Source: Lama guanicoe
Taxonomy: Eukaryota
Direction of reading: 5' to 3'
DNA: 64,000 bases
Assembly: GCA_013239625.1 (NCBI GenBank)
Contig: MU053934.1
Coordinates: forward strand, 10,579,003 to 10,643,002
Every line of letters begins with the position of its first letter. Position 1 is the first letter of the stretch. A model generated the notes under the pieces. The model did no database searches, was not told the origin of the DNA, and saw nothing but the letters and a program-made list of their open reading frames with translations. This document shows positions 23,431-35,720 of the stretch, piece after piece. Both the position numbers and the translations under genes were made by a program.

Positions 23431-23613
23431 ATCACCACCATCACCACCATCACCACCACCATCACCACCATCACCACCATCACCACCATCACCACCATCA
23501 CCACCACCATCACCACCATCACCACCATCACCACCATCACCACCACCATCACCACCATCACCACCATCACCACCATCACCACCACCATCACCACCATCAC
23601 CACCATCACCACC
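23431..23613. repeat. (ATCACCACC)n tandem repeat with periodic 12-bp variant units
   Basis: 15 x 9-bp and 4 x 12-bp units; explains the poly-ITT, poly-PPS and poly-VVM ORFs. Confidence 0.95.
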
Positions 23614-24999
23614 ATCATTGCCATCAACGCCATCCTCGCCATCATCTCCATCTTTGTCCAGGCTGCACAGCTGGCTTCCACACCACTTGTGCCCCGGAGC
23701 CCATGCTCTTAGAATTCAAAGGCTTCCACACCACTGCTTGAGATGGTACACGCGTCATGCCCAGTACCTACGGATGCTCCATAAATGTTTGTTCGCTCTC
23801 TCCCTAAATTGCATCGCAGTTAAGATGAAATCAGCTCCTTATCCAAAGTTGCTGAGTAAAGCGCCTGATATAAAGGCCTCTGAAAAGAGTTGGTTAGATG
23901 TGGACGTGCAGGATGCTCTCTTTGTGATTCTCTGCGAGAGTGAGAGTCCCTGCCGGTCCCTCTGGCATCCTCCTCCAGGGTGCTCTTGCTCGGCCGGGAG
24001 CTGCAGCTTGGGGCGCAGGGGAGCGTAGGGTTACAAGCTCTGTCTATCACCCTCCCAGTGGGTCTCCTTGGGGACCTCCGTCTCTCCCGTTTTTCCCAGG
24101 GAGCCGACCTCACGGAAGAGCGATCCGGCTACAAACTACCCAGCAGTGCAGCATCCAGGGCCTGTGCCAGCAGTGCGGCACCCGTCCCTTCCAGGGAGGG
24201 TGGGGCAGCCTGGGACAGCCAGCGGGCCCGGGACGGGGCGGGGTGGGGGCTGCTGGGAGCTTCTCAGGCACAGCCTGTGGGTTCTGGCGATGCGGAGAGG
24301 CCGGTGCGCTTGCAGACAGGCTCTGCCCGACAGCACAGCCGCAGGGCTGTGGAGGGGGTCCGAGCGAGGCTGCCCCCGGGGTTTTACCCCCGTCAGGCAG
24401 GGTGCTTTTGGGGAGCAGGGCAGCCTGCTGGGGTGGGCGGGCTGTGTGCTGTTCCTCGCCCCGCTGTGCTGACAGGGACAGTGTTGAAGGGAGACGATGC
24501 GGCAAGTGGGGCCATGGGAAGAGTGCAGGCTGGATGCAGGCTGAATCCACTGCAAGTCCTGCTCTTCATTTTCTGCTGGATGCTGTCTCGGGAAAACTGT
24601 CACTTAGCCTCAGTGTCCCTTCTGTACACTGGTGAAAATAAATTCTGTCTTAGACGTCATTGGAAGCGTGAAATCTGCCAACTGAGTTTCAGCATAGGGC
24701 GTGTTTCAGGTCCTTTCTTTTTACCACCAGGCAGATCTGTCCTCACATGGGCAGCTTCCTCATCGCTGGCTTAGAGCCTCTCAGTGCCCCTGAGACCACA
24801 GATGTCCCCCTCCGTGAGCCGTAGAGCAGCCTGCTGGACGGCAGGGCACGGCTGTCATCCTGTTCGCTTGATTCATCCACCCGGCACATGTGCACAGAGC
24901 CCTAGGGTGCACTGGTGCTGTCCTTGGTGCTGCATCTTGAGAGCAGAGAAGGCCTGTGCCCCAAGGAGCTTCCTCTCCAGTTGGAGGGAGGAGAGGAGA

Positions 25000-25850
25000 A
25001 AGAAAAATTAACAATAGGTGGATATATGCTCATACGTGGTGATGCATGTCCTGAACACACACAAGGCAGAGACCTGACAAGATTTTGGCCTCGTCAGTGG
25101 GGACGCCCTTTGGAGGAAGTGACTTTCAAATTGAGACCACTGGAGAGGAGGGACCACTGGAGCAGGATGAGAGAGCCTTGCTGGTTGCCATGGCAGTGGT
25201 GGTGAAGCTCTAAGAAGAAGCAGGGAACGCGGAGTTTGCCCAGGGAAGAGGAGTGACTAAAACAAGGGTAGAGAAGATGGAAGGGGCTGGACCAAGGAGC
25301 ACTCAGATCTGACACGACATGCAGTGGGAATGAACTGCAGGACTTTCGGCAGGAGAGTCACACGCCAGGTGGGGGACAGAGAGCAGAGATGCCGAGGCAC
25401 AGGACAGGAGGCTGGTCAGGAGTCTGCTGCAGCAGTCCAAGCAGCAGGGAAGCACCTGGACTGCTGAGGGGGCGTGAAGGCGCGAGAGGGGTCAGTCCAG
25501 CTGTGTGGTGGAGCTGATCTTGATGGGATCTGCTAACTCTTGGGTACAAGGCTCATGGAAAAGGGGAAGGGCCAAGGACAGTTTCAATAATTCCTGTGTT
25601 TGTTTTCCATGGACAGTTGGGTACAGAGCAGGGCCACTTCCATCGATGGGGAAGACCAAGTGAAATACAGCCTTGGGGGTGGTTTCTGTATCCTGGGAAA
25701 GTGATCTCGAGTGGACCTGAGAGAGAAGAGGGAGCGCTTGAGAAATACTTTGAAGGTAAAAACAGTGGGACCTGGGGAGGCATTCGATGGGGCCATGCAG
25801 GCAAGCAAGGGGTCGAGACTGATTGCCAGGATGTCAGGGCTCGGAGGCCA
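25000..25850 (-). mobile_element. L2 relic(s)
   Basis: ggaggaagtgactttcaaattgagacc and ggctggtcaggagtctgctgcagcagtccaagc are L2 antisense motifs. Confidence 0.65.
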
Positions 25851-26269
25851 GTCCAAGCATCCTGGCTGGTGGATGGTAAAGCACCAGCTCAGAAGCTTGT
25901 GCCCAGTGTCCTCACTCAGAGCATCCTCCTCACTGAGGTTAGACCAACACAATGCTTGTGCCAGTGCTATTTCCTGAGCATCCGTGAGGAGCCAGGTGCC
26001 ACAGGTAGTTGGAGAAGTCTCGGCCCAAGCTGCCCATGGAGAGACCAGCTAAGGAGAGAGGTCCAGAGGAGCTGAGGCTTCGCATCACCACCCCAGGAGG
26101 CCACGTGGTGGAGGGGAGACACGGACAGGCTGGAAGAAGAACTCAAGGCAGGAGCAATTTCCTCAGCCACCCAAGAGGGCAAGAAGCTGGTGGCTGAGGT
26201 CCCTTGCAGCTGACCACGATTCTGAGGCAATTTAGCACATTAAGGAATGAGATGATGTGATGGAAAGGG

Positions 26270-26476
26270 TTAGGGAGTTTCAGAGTTCAGTGTTCAATCC
26301 TACGATTTACAGCTATTTAGTCTTGGGAAAGTTACTTTAACTTCACTCAGCTTTATTTGGAAATAAAATAAAAGGATCTAATGCTTATGATACAGGTTGC
26401 TTTGAAGGTTGCACATAATATGTGAAACATGCTAAGCATAGAACTGGGCACTTGGTACTGATCAATAAATGGTACA
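26270..26476 (+). mobile_element. MIR SINE
   Basis: tcttgggaaagttactttaacttc...gcatagaactgggcacttggtactgatcaataaatggta. Confidence 0.8.
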
Positions 26477-26484
26477 GAGAGTAA

Positions 26485-26665
26485 AGATGATGTTATGATG
26501 GTGATGGTGCTGATGATGATGATGGTGATGATGCTGATTATGAGGATGACAGTAATGAAGATGATGATGATGTTGATGTTGATGATGATGATGATGATGA
26601 TGATGGTAATGGTGGTGATGGTGGCAATGGTGATGGTGATGATAATGGTGATGATGATGGTGATT
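26485..26665. repeat. (GAT/GGT)n trinucleotide repeat
   Basis: Read directly; explains the poly-Met ORF 26495-26743. Confidence 0.95.
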
Positions 26666-27840
26666 AAGGCAACAAAGTCAATGAGAATGAATATCTGTCA
26701 GCAGGTGCATCTTATCCTCACAAAAATTGAACATTGGTTCTGACATTTCAGAAATGCCAGTACTTTTTACTTTATGCTGTAAAGAGGTTTTTGCACTTAC
26801 CCATGTTAATGTTATTTTGGGTGTGAATTTTCCACTTGGTGCCAAACATCTCGGTGAAAACTGAAAATGCAGGCAAACATGGAAACACGCTCAGGCATCC
26901 AGATGTAGTGCTATTCTGCCCACAAAGTACAAGGATATGCGATGGTAATTTTTTTTTTCAGTTTCCATTCTGTCACTTGGCATCGGGCTGACTTGGGTGC
27001 TGTAATAATAGCTATCAAGAGGCAGGAATGTGTACCAGACACTTGAAAAGAATTCCAAGAGAATGGCACATTGTTGCTGGAATCTGATACATTAAGAAAA
27101 AAATGCAGGCAGGCTGCTACTCTTGCATCAGGCTAAGTGGTTGCAGGAGGAAGGCACAGCTCGTCTGTTCGCCTGCTCGGGGCAGTGTCTTTTCTGCACA
27201 GACTCTTAGGTGTGATACAGTCTAAAAATAGCCGTGCTCTGTGCTGAGCTGTCTGGGGAATGGCTTTTGGACTCTCAGCTGCTGCAGCTACAAAAAGCAA
27301 TATGCTCTTTGGAAAGTATTAGGCTGGGGTTTTGTTCTGCCAGCATTGCTTCGAATTGTCTCTCCTGGAACAAGCAGTGCCGGCCTTCCCCTCCTGAGTA
27401 GGCGGAGGAAGAGAAAGGGGTGGAGGAGGGGCCGTCAGGCAGGTCTTGACTCTGAGCCACACAACTGAGAGGGACACATGCAGGGGACCTGAGCACAGGT
27501 GTGCAGTGGGCACCCATGCCAGAACACCTGCACACACACCCCTTGTTAAGTCGAAATTCCCAACTCATTTGTTCAAAATACATAGGTAATTGGGGCAAAT
27601 CTGTGATGGGTCTCAAGTGATTTCTTCTTTTTCAAGAACATTTTAAATTGTCATAAGAGTGTATTCAAATTTTTCAATACAATGTTTTCACAGAAAAACA
27701 AATAAGTTCTCTAAACCCTTGAAAGTGAAAATGAAGTTTGTGTGTTAAAAAATATACTGCAAGTAAAGCTCTGAGCAAAGTCCCTGGCAGGTAATAAAGG
27801 GTTAGTAAACAACAGGTTGCAATATCACCACTGTCCTCTC

Positions 27841-27969
27841 TCCCCCACCATCACCGTCTCCCCCACCATCACTACCTTCACCACCATCACCAGCTCCCCC
27901 ACCATCACCGTCTCCCCCACCATCACCGTCTCCCCCACCATCACTACCCTCACCACCATCACCAGCTCC
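27841..27969. repeat. 18-bp minisatellite (TCCCCCACCATCACCGTC-type), about 7 units
   Basis: Units translate as SPTITV, SPTITT, FTTITS, SPTITV, SPTITV, SPTITT, LTTITS. Confidence 0.9.
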
Positions 27970-29800
27970 ACATCCTTACCAATGCCACCACCTCATCAGC
28001 ACCACCACCAACAGCATCATTATCCATCTAACAAAATGATGAACAGAAGTGCCAACACACCCTGAGCATGTAGACCCTGACATCCACATCAGGGAACCTC
28101 AGCGAAAGGTGGACTTGTGACTTTCCTGGAGCTCGGGGTAAGGGGGCTTGTGGGCTTGTGTGAGTGGGGAGGAGCGGGGGCTGGGCAGGCCACGGGCCAG
28201 GGGCTCTGGGGCCAGCTTGGCCTGCTGCCCAGCAGACAGGGCAGTGGGGCAGGACTGGCTGATTATGGTCTAATGTTAGGACTTTAATCTCAACACCAAA
28301 TGGAGGGTTTACTGAATTGATGGGCTGAGACGGGCCACTCTTTCTACTATTGCACGGATGAAATTAGACCAAGCTGAGAATTTGCATACAATTCCCTTGA
28401 AACCGAGCCCGCACCAGAGGCCAGAGATGAGCCTTACTGTTGGCACGGGGAAGGGAGGAGAGGGCAGGCCCAGGAGAGGCGGGGATGCCAGCGAGGAGCG
28501 TTTGGTCTGTGCTGGGTGATTCCGAGAGAGCTTTGCTCCCTCTTCTGCTCAAGCATCTGCTTGGCCTCATCTGAGGCTCAGCTCCAGGGTGGGCGTCATC
28601 CCGGAGGAAGTCAGGGTCCTCCTTGTCCACGGACTGCAGGCTGGTGTTCAAATCTCCACTGCCGTGAGACCATGACTGGCTCTCTTCCCCCACTGGGGGA
28701 CAGCAAGAGACCCCAGGAGCACCGAGGGATGCCCTGAGCCCTGTGTCCCCACCTGCATGCAGTGTCATCGATGCCCTCTCCCCGTGCCCTTCAGAGCACT
28801 GTTTTTGCAGGACACAAAGGGGAAGCTGGTCCCTGGAGGAGCAGGAGGAGTGATGTCTTCCCGGCTGGGACAGCGCTCCTTCCTTGGTTACCTGGCTCAC
28901 CTGGATCCTGGTCCTGAGGTCGGAGCAGATCTCCTCCTGGGCTTCCTCAAACCTCCTGCCACCTTTCTGCCAGGGACCTTGGCTGATTCAGGGACACCAG
29001 CCCTGGTCTGTGCAGCCTGGGCCTCAGGACTGGAGCCCGGGCTGGAGATAGGCCGGGCAGAGCCCCTGATGGATGGCCTCTGGTCCAGGCCTCCAGCTTG
29101 CTCCTTCCTCTCCCCGTCCTCTCCATGAGCCTCTGGCAAAGGGCCTCCCCTGCCCGCAGAGACGCTGACCTCATCCTTGGCCTGAGCAGATCCGGCCTCA
29201 CGGCAGCCATTAGTGTGATTAGTGTGATTGCCAGTGGCCCAGGCGGGACCGCCCAGTGGCACATCCCGTGGCCCAGCCAGTGGGCACGTCTCCACGTGAG
29301 TGGATCAATATGGACGCATTTCCAACATGGCCCCAGAGCCAAGGGCTCAGTCTGATTCAGCAAAGATGCAGTGGCTTCTGAGTCCTCTGGTTCTCCTCCA
29401 CCTCCATGGTGGGGACACCCAGAGGGTAGGGTACAGAGAAATAACAATGGTGGCAGTGTGCTTGTGTCTGGCAACGTCACCTGTGGTCCCACAGCAGGCT
29501 GAGGACCAGGCTTTGGGGTTCAGGAGATTAGGGTGCAGCAGGATGGAGTGATCTGTGGGTTCACACGGGACCAGAGCCCGGCTTCCTTTAACTCTGCCCC
29601 CAGCTCCGCACACCGGAATGTCTCAGAAACATGGGTAGAGCGCCGGGTGTCAGGGTCCTGTCTCCCTTAGTCATGTAGGGCTGGGTCGAGGCAGGCACTG
29701 ACCCCCTCGGGGAAGAGGAAGACGGCGTGAGACGGCCAGTCCCGGGGCATCCCAGCCGGCCGCTGCCCTGCCTTCCCATTTACTCCAAAGTGCAGGTGTC

Positions 29801-30960
29801 TGTGATGTAATAAGAAGTACATCTTCGTCTTTGTCCCAGTTTCCGGCACAGAGCTTCTAAGACCCTTGGAATTTCCTGAGCAATGGGTGAGAAGAGAATT
29901 GTTTTGATGTATTTTAAAAAATTATTTATTCAAAATAGTTTTTTTACCTTATTTGCAGTTTCAGGAGCATCATTTCTGTTCCTCCAGAATTGTTTCTCTT
30001 CCTTCCTTCCTGTTTCATTGAGCTGTAACTGACGTACAGCACCGTGTAAGTTTAAGGTATACATCGCAACGACTTGATTTACATACAGCAGGAAGTGATT
30101 ATCACAATAAGTTCAGTAAAGGCCCAACCTCTCACCCAGGTGCAAAATTAAAGAAACAGAAAAAAATTTTTTTCTGTCTTGTGATAAGAGCTCGGAGGAC
30201 TTACTCCCTTAGCGACTTCCTCTGTGACACGCAGCATGGGGGAGGGCGGAGTCCTACCCAGCATGGGCCGCCTTCAGCCTTGCCTGAGTTTACGCCACCG
30301 AGCCGGCTCCAGTGGCCCCCAGGTAGCTTCAGGAAGGGGGCTGGGTGACAGAGGAGCGCCATGTGATTCAAGGCGGAGAACTTGCAGCCCAGCCTCCTGC
30401 CCTGGGGCGGGGGGGCTGGAGGCTGAGCCAGGCACCAATGCAGGGATTTAGCAGTGGCGCCCACGTCTGAGGCATCTGTGAAACCCCTAACCACTGGTTT
30501 GGGGACCTCCTGGGCTGATGGGCACATCTCGGCCCTGGGAGCAGCCGGTGCCCAGAGAGGGTGTGGAATCCCCACCCCTTGCCCTGTGCGTGCCTTCCAT
30601 CTGGCTGTTCCTGAGTGTGTCCTTTGTAATAAACTGGTAACAGTAAGCAAAGTGCTTTCTTGTTCTGCGACACATTCTAGCAAATGATCGAGCATGAGAA
30701 GGGGTCCTGGGACCCCCAATTCACAGCTGCATGGTCAGAAGTAAGGGTGACCACTTGGGACTTGCAGCTGGCATCTGACGCAGGGCCATCGTGGGGGACA
30801 GCCCTCCCCCGGGGGGTCTGTGCTGACCCAGGAGCCAGGGTTAGGACTGAGCAGTTGTGGGGCACTTGGGGGTGGCACCGAACTGGAGAACTGGCTGGTG
30901 AGGGGAAACCCCACATGTTGGTGACAGAAGTGTCTGGTTGTCGGAAACAGACCACAGCCG
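29801..30960 (+). mobile_element. MER21-like solo LTR interrupted by an L1 fragment
   Basis: 5' part ggcacagagcttctaagacccttggaatttcctgag; 3' part catctggctgttcctgagtgtgtcctttgtAATAAActggtaa and ggtcagaagtaagggtgacc. Confidence 0.85.
29990..30240 (-). mobile_element. LINE-1 3' end inserted into MER21
   Basis: ttcattgagctgtaactgacgtacagcaccgtgtaagtttaaggtatac...cttgtgataagagctc...ttactcccttagcgact. Confidence 0.75.
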
Positions 30961-31157
30961 TCCTGCGTCTCAGACACCTCCGTGCAGCCGCACGTGAGAC
31001 ACGGCCAAGCTGTCATGGTTTGGGAAGGAAGGCTCACCTGTGACTGCCCCTCCCGACCCTCGTACCCGCCATGGGTTCCAGAATTGTTCCTGTGACGTTG
31101 TGGAATTGGCCACACGGGACTCTAGGCAGGGTGGGGACAGGTGACACTTCCCTGAAC

Positions 31158-31325
31158 ACTTCATTAATTAAACACAGTCATGAAATACAGTCTTCGGGCC
31201 GGGCCCTGGGCACCAGGGTGCAGACAGCGGTGTGGACAGGACATTCTCTGCCCGTAGAGGTTTTCACTCTTCACCTAACTGACAGTCGCCGAGTGCCTGC
31301 CATGTGCCAGCTTGGTCTGGGGCGA
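31158..31325 (-). mobile_element. L2 3' end relics (two adjacent)
   Basis: ttcattaattaaacac...ctgggcaccagggtgcagacagcggtg and gccgagtgcctgccatgtgccag. Confidence 0.55.
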
Positions 31326-33027
31326 CCCTGAATTTCATGAACAAACTTCAGCTGGAGCACACGACCCCTCTGCTGGTTTAGATTCCTCTGTCTTTTCTGT
31401 CTCATTTCTTTTCTTTAATAAACAGAGCTTGGCTATTAATAGCCACCGAAAACACATACATTTACTGGGTTATATTTAAGAATGTTTCTACCAGGAGATG
31501 CATAATGACTTCTAAGTTAAGCACAGTGTTCTGGAAAGGAAACTGATTTATCCACAGGAATCCTGCTGTAACTTCCTCCCGGTTCCAACTAAAGATAATG
31601 CAAAACAGGGTAGGCATGCACGGACTCATTTGGCGGTGAGCGTGATGACGCCAGGGAGGATGATGATGGCGGTGACAATGATGAGGACACTGCAAGGTCT
31701 GCATCTTGGTGCCCCTCAGCTTCCTGATGACCTGTCTGCACCTCAGCTGCTCTCTCCCCGTCCTGGGCGGGTGGAGACAGGTCCCCGTGGGCACACCTCT
31801 GGTTAATTGAGTGTCGCTAGGTGCGGCATCTCCGATAGGTTTGTCATGTGCGTTATTTCTGCTCCTCAGTCAGCCCTAGATGTGAGGCTCCCCACTTCCC
31901 GGGGAGGGAATGCGGGCTCAGCAACCGACGGAGACTTGTCATGTGGCTGGAGGTGAGAGTCCGAGTCCAGAGCAGCTGGACAAGGGCCTGCTGTTCTCCT
32001 GTGGCACAGAACGGTTCAGGAAGGGCCGTGCCTCCTGCACGGAGCACACCCGAGGTGGCTGGGCGGAGCTGGGGCTTGGGATCAGGCTGATGGAAGCCCT
32101 CCCACAGCCCTTTGACGGCTGCTCCTTCCTCGGGGAACGCCTTCCCCGCCCTTCCGGGGTCCATACCTACCCGCTTTGAAGCTCCATCTGACTCCAGGTC
32201 CTCTGGGAGCGTCTGCTTCATCCGTGGGTGGAAATAACCGCGCTCTTACCTCTGCCCACTTTACCTCATGGGGGCTCAGCCCCTCTCTGGGCACGGCCGT
32301 GGGGCTGCACTGGGAGTTCTTTGTCCCTCTCCTGCTCCGCCAGCCTCCCGAGAGCTGCCTCCCGCGTCCCCGCCCCCCGCCAGGGCCTCACAGACAGCCT
32401 CCTGGATGGCTGTTAAGTGTGTGGCTCTGTGAAGAGGCAGGGGACGTTTGCAGGGAAATCAGGCAGTGGAGTCCTGTCTGTACTCGGCAGGTCGTGGGGA
32501 GCGCCGAGCGCTTGGGGCGGCGCAGGGAAGGGGGTTGTGGGAAAGTTTGTAAGACAATGGGGATTGACTTGTTGATGTAGAGGGGTGTGGGGGGGCCTGG
32601 GACCCACTGCAGGGCCAAGGGATGAGCACTGGGTTACTTCCAAATTGCTGCCCACCCCTTGCAACTCGATCCCCGCCCCTGGTCAGGCAGGGGGGCCGGG
32701 GGTGGGGCCTGGGGGTCGTGCCGGTGCCCCCACCGATGTGATCACCATGTTCAATCTGTAGTCAAGGAGCTGTAGACGTTACGGAAAAAAAAATGGGGAT
32801 GGGTGATGCTGGGGAGGGGTGTCCCCGAAGACCATTGTCAACCCTTAAAATGGGGTTTTAACCAATAAAAACGGCAGATCTCCCGTCTCTAAGTGACAGT
32901 GGCGTTTCCCGCGCACAGTGCGCGCTGTCCGCAAAACGTTCGTGTGAGATTCTGGGGCTTGTTGGGAACTTTTCTGAACCCCGTTTTTTTCAGTTTGTAA
33001 ACCTGCTCTGGCTCCCTGAGTTGGAGA

Positions 33028-33470
33028 TGTTGACGGAGAAAGAAAAAGGGGAAGTGGAACCTGAAAGCTGAGGTTCATGCTTTACTCAGGGTCCGCACTG
33101 AGAACTACAGCCCGGAGGACGGCCTCTCGGGTCGCTGCGAGGGGCTGTTCCCAGGGGTGGGGGTGGTGGATGTATAGGAGTTTTCATTTACAAAAACACA
33201 GGTCATTGAACATCAAAAGACAGCTGCTAATTACAAAAAACAGACTTCTCAGGTTAATGAATTTAGTGCTTTTCTGTATGTAGGAAGATGCAAGATTCTG
33301 GGCTCATTGAAACCATCCCTTTGACGTGCGGCCTCTCTAGGGCCAGTGTCCTGCTCTTCCGCATCCTGAACCCCCTCGGGCGCACCATCAGGGCGGCTGC
33401 AGTGGCTGAGGGCTTGATGGCCGCAACTTCCTTTGCGCACTGAGATGGCAGGTGACACTCTTTGTCCACA
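33028..33470 (-). mobile_element. Cetartiodactyl MER41-like ERV1 solo LTR
   Basis: Minus strand reads TGTGGACAAAGAGTGTCACCTGCCAT...GCCATCAAGCCCTCAGCCACTGCAGCC...GAGCCCAGAATCTTGCATCTTCC...GTCAACA, as in remembered MER41_BT-type LTRs; no clear TSD. Confidence 0.8.
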
Positions 33471-35544
33471 ATGGCCTCCCCCAGAGGTTCCTGGTCTTCC
33501 TGTGGAGGATGTGGTGATGGAGACCACCTCGATGAGCCTTAGCTGTGAGTCCTGACCTGCCTTGGGGTCCAGCCTACCCTAGTCTCGGGCTCCCTCCTTT
33601 GGAGCTGGGGAGCCCAGCCAGGCTCTGGTTTCTCTCCCTGGGCTTCCCAGCGGGCTCCATGTCTACCCTTGCTCTGTTTCCTTTTTTCCTTCCCTGGTCT
33701 TCTTGGAGCCCCCAATTTTTAAACCATCCCCACAGGGCTCTACTGGCTCATTCTAGAACATAATCATAAAGATTACGCTTAGGGCGAGGATGTGTGTACC
33801 TGTTCCCAGGACGAGGGATCTTTGAGCGATGGTTTACACGTAGGCAGAGCACAGATGCGCATCTGGGCGTGCACTTGTGTGCAGACACTTACCTGGGAGG
33901 TGGAGAGCTAGCCTTTTTATTGAAGGGGCTGGCGGGTGACGCAGTATCAGCTCTGCAGCCCACAGACGTGGTGTCCAGTCCTGAGCCCAGCACGCGCTGC
34001 CCCCCGGGCACAAGTGTGAGTGTGCCCCTTCAAGGATTCCGCGTCTCCCAGAGTTGTCGGGGACTCGGGGATAACGAGTTAGTGAATGGTAATGAGTATA
34101 GTTAACTGCTATTTTTATTATTATTTATAAACATGTCCCACTTTTGAGTCCTCTGCACAATGGCCGAGAAAACTTACAGCTAAATGAATATTTACAGCAT
34201 CTCACAGTTTGTAAAAATCCTCCCTCTGCACCCTAAGAGGTGCATTCCCCTTCATCCTGTGCTCTCTCCAGCCTCAGCCCGCTGAGCATCACCCGCCGTC
34301 CCCTGACGCGGAGGAGGGGAGGTGACACCCGAAGCGCCCTCCCGGCCACGTGGCTGGGCGTCCCCCTCCCTGGACTGAGTTAGCTGTGGGCTGGCAGCCC
34401 GCAGGGCTGGTCATCAAAGGCTCAGTGAAGAGGATTAAAGAGTATTAGGCAGCAACGCATCCAGAGAGCACTGCTACCCCCCCTTCAGGGCACTAACCGC
34501 CCTTTAGTCCAGCGGCTACTAACTGACTCTTTGATAAGCAGCGCCCCTGACGGCTGCATGGGAGCCCCTCCGCAGGGGCTGGGCGCCTGGGCTTCCGGGC
34601 AGAATAAACGCTCAGCCTCTCTCTCCCACGTGCGTATATGACGTGCGTTTATTTGAAGAGAGAAGATCAACAGAAGCTCATTCTCCTTCTGAGCTCAGCC
34701 CGCCCTGCAGGGCCCAGCAGCCCCGCTCTGAGCTCCGAGAGGCCAACACGGCCGGTCCTCTGCTGGGCGTCTGCTGTCCTAGTGGACACAAGAAGGGTAG
34801 CTGATCTCCCCCTTGGCCTCTGTCAGAGCCCACCTGGGACGCCCAGCGGGTGTTCTGACCGCTCACCACCACCCGAGTTCTTGAAGGTCGTGGGCAGCGT
34901 TGGAAGGCGGGGGCAGGGCACAACCACTAAAGGGGTGAAGAGCAGTTAGCGCCAAGATGGCGGGGAAGTCAGCTCCCAGCGGACTCTGAGGCCCGAGGTG
35001 GTGGGAGGCGTGACCTCCGGTCGACCCTGGGCTTCATTATATGCTGACTGTAATACATCAGCATGAGACTGACACTCCCGCCGGTGCCCCCACAGTCCCA
35101 AGGCTGACCCAGAAAGCTCAGGAGGGTGGGCTCCAATCGCTGGGAGTCCCCGCCCCTTCCCCAAAGAAGTGGGAACAATCCTCGCACCTGTTACCGTGTG
35201 CAGTAAGCACGCCCGTAAAAGCTGGCCACACGGGGCGCGTGGCCTTTCGTGGCCCCCCTCCCGAGGCGGCCAGCGCGTGGTCTACGGGGTGTGCCTGCTG
35301 CTACCCTAACCCCCACTCCCGATGCCTCGTGGCCTCTCTGGCCCTCTGAGACGGCCCCCTCCGTCTGTGGAGCGTGTATCTCTGGATAAATCCACTTCTG
35401 CTCAGCTGCGGCTCGCTCTTGACTCCCTTCCTGGGGAAGCCCAGGCCCCTCACCTGCTGGGGTGCGTCCCAGGGCCGCGCCGGGAGCTGGGCACGGCCCT
35501 CCGCTCCTGCCCGTGCTCCTGCACCGGCGTGAGTGTGCGCCGCG

Positions 35545-35720
35545 CAGGAGCTCTTCCCTTCCCACCTCGCCCCCTCCCCTCCTCTCTGCCCCCTCCCCTC
35601 GTCTCGTCTTCTCTGTCACCTTTATCTCCGCCTGCTCCTCCTCCTCTTTCTCATCTTCAACTTTGTCATCACTTTCGTTTCTTTCTTCTTCGCATCTGCC
35701 TCTTCCTCCTTCTCCCCCGG
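35545..35720. repeat. Polypyrimidine low-complexity tract
   Basis: Almost pure C/T on the plus strand; explains the Glu-rich minus-strand ORF. Confidence 0.85.

Noticed and set aside
23371..24028. Mucin-like, extensin-like or poly-VM proteins
   Set aside because: Translations of the (ATCACCACC)n repeat.
26495..26743. Poly-methionine ORF
   Set aside because: Translation of the (GAT)n microsatellite.
33893..33990. Minus-strand coding exon ADTASPASPFNKKASSPPP before CAG|GTAAGT
   Set aside because: Weak acceptor, the adjacent sequence looks MIR-derived, and the peptide is unrecognised.
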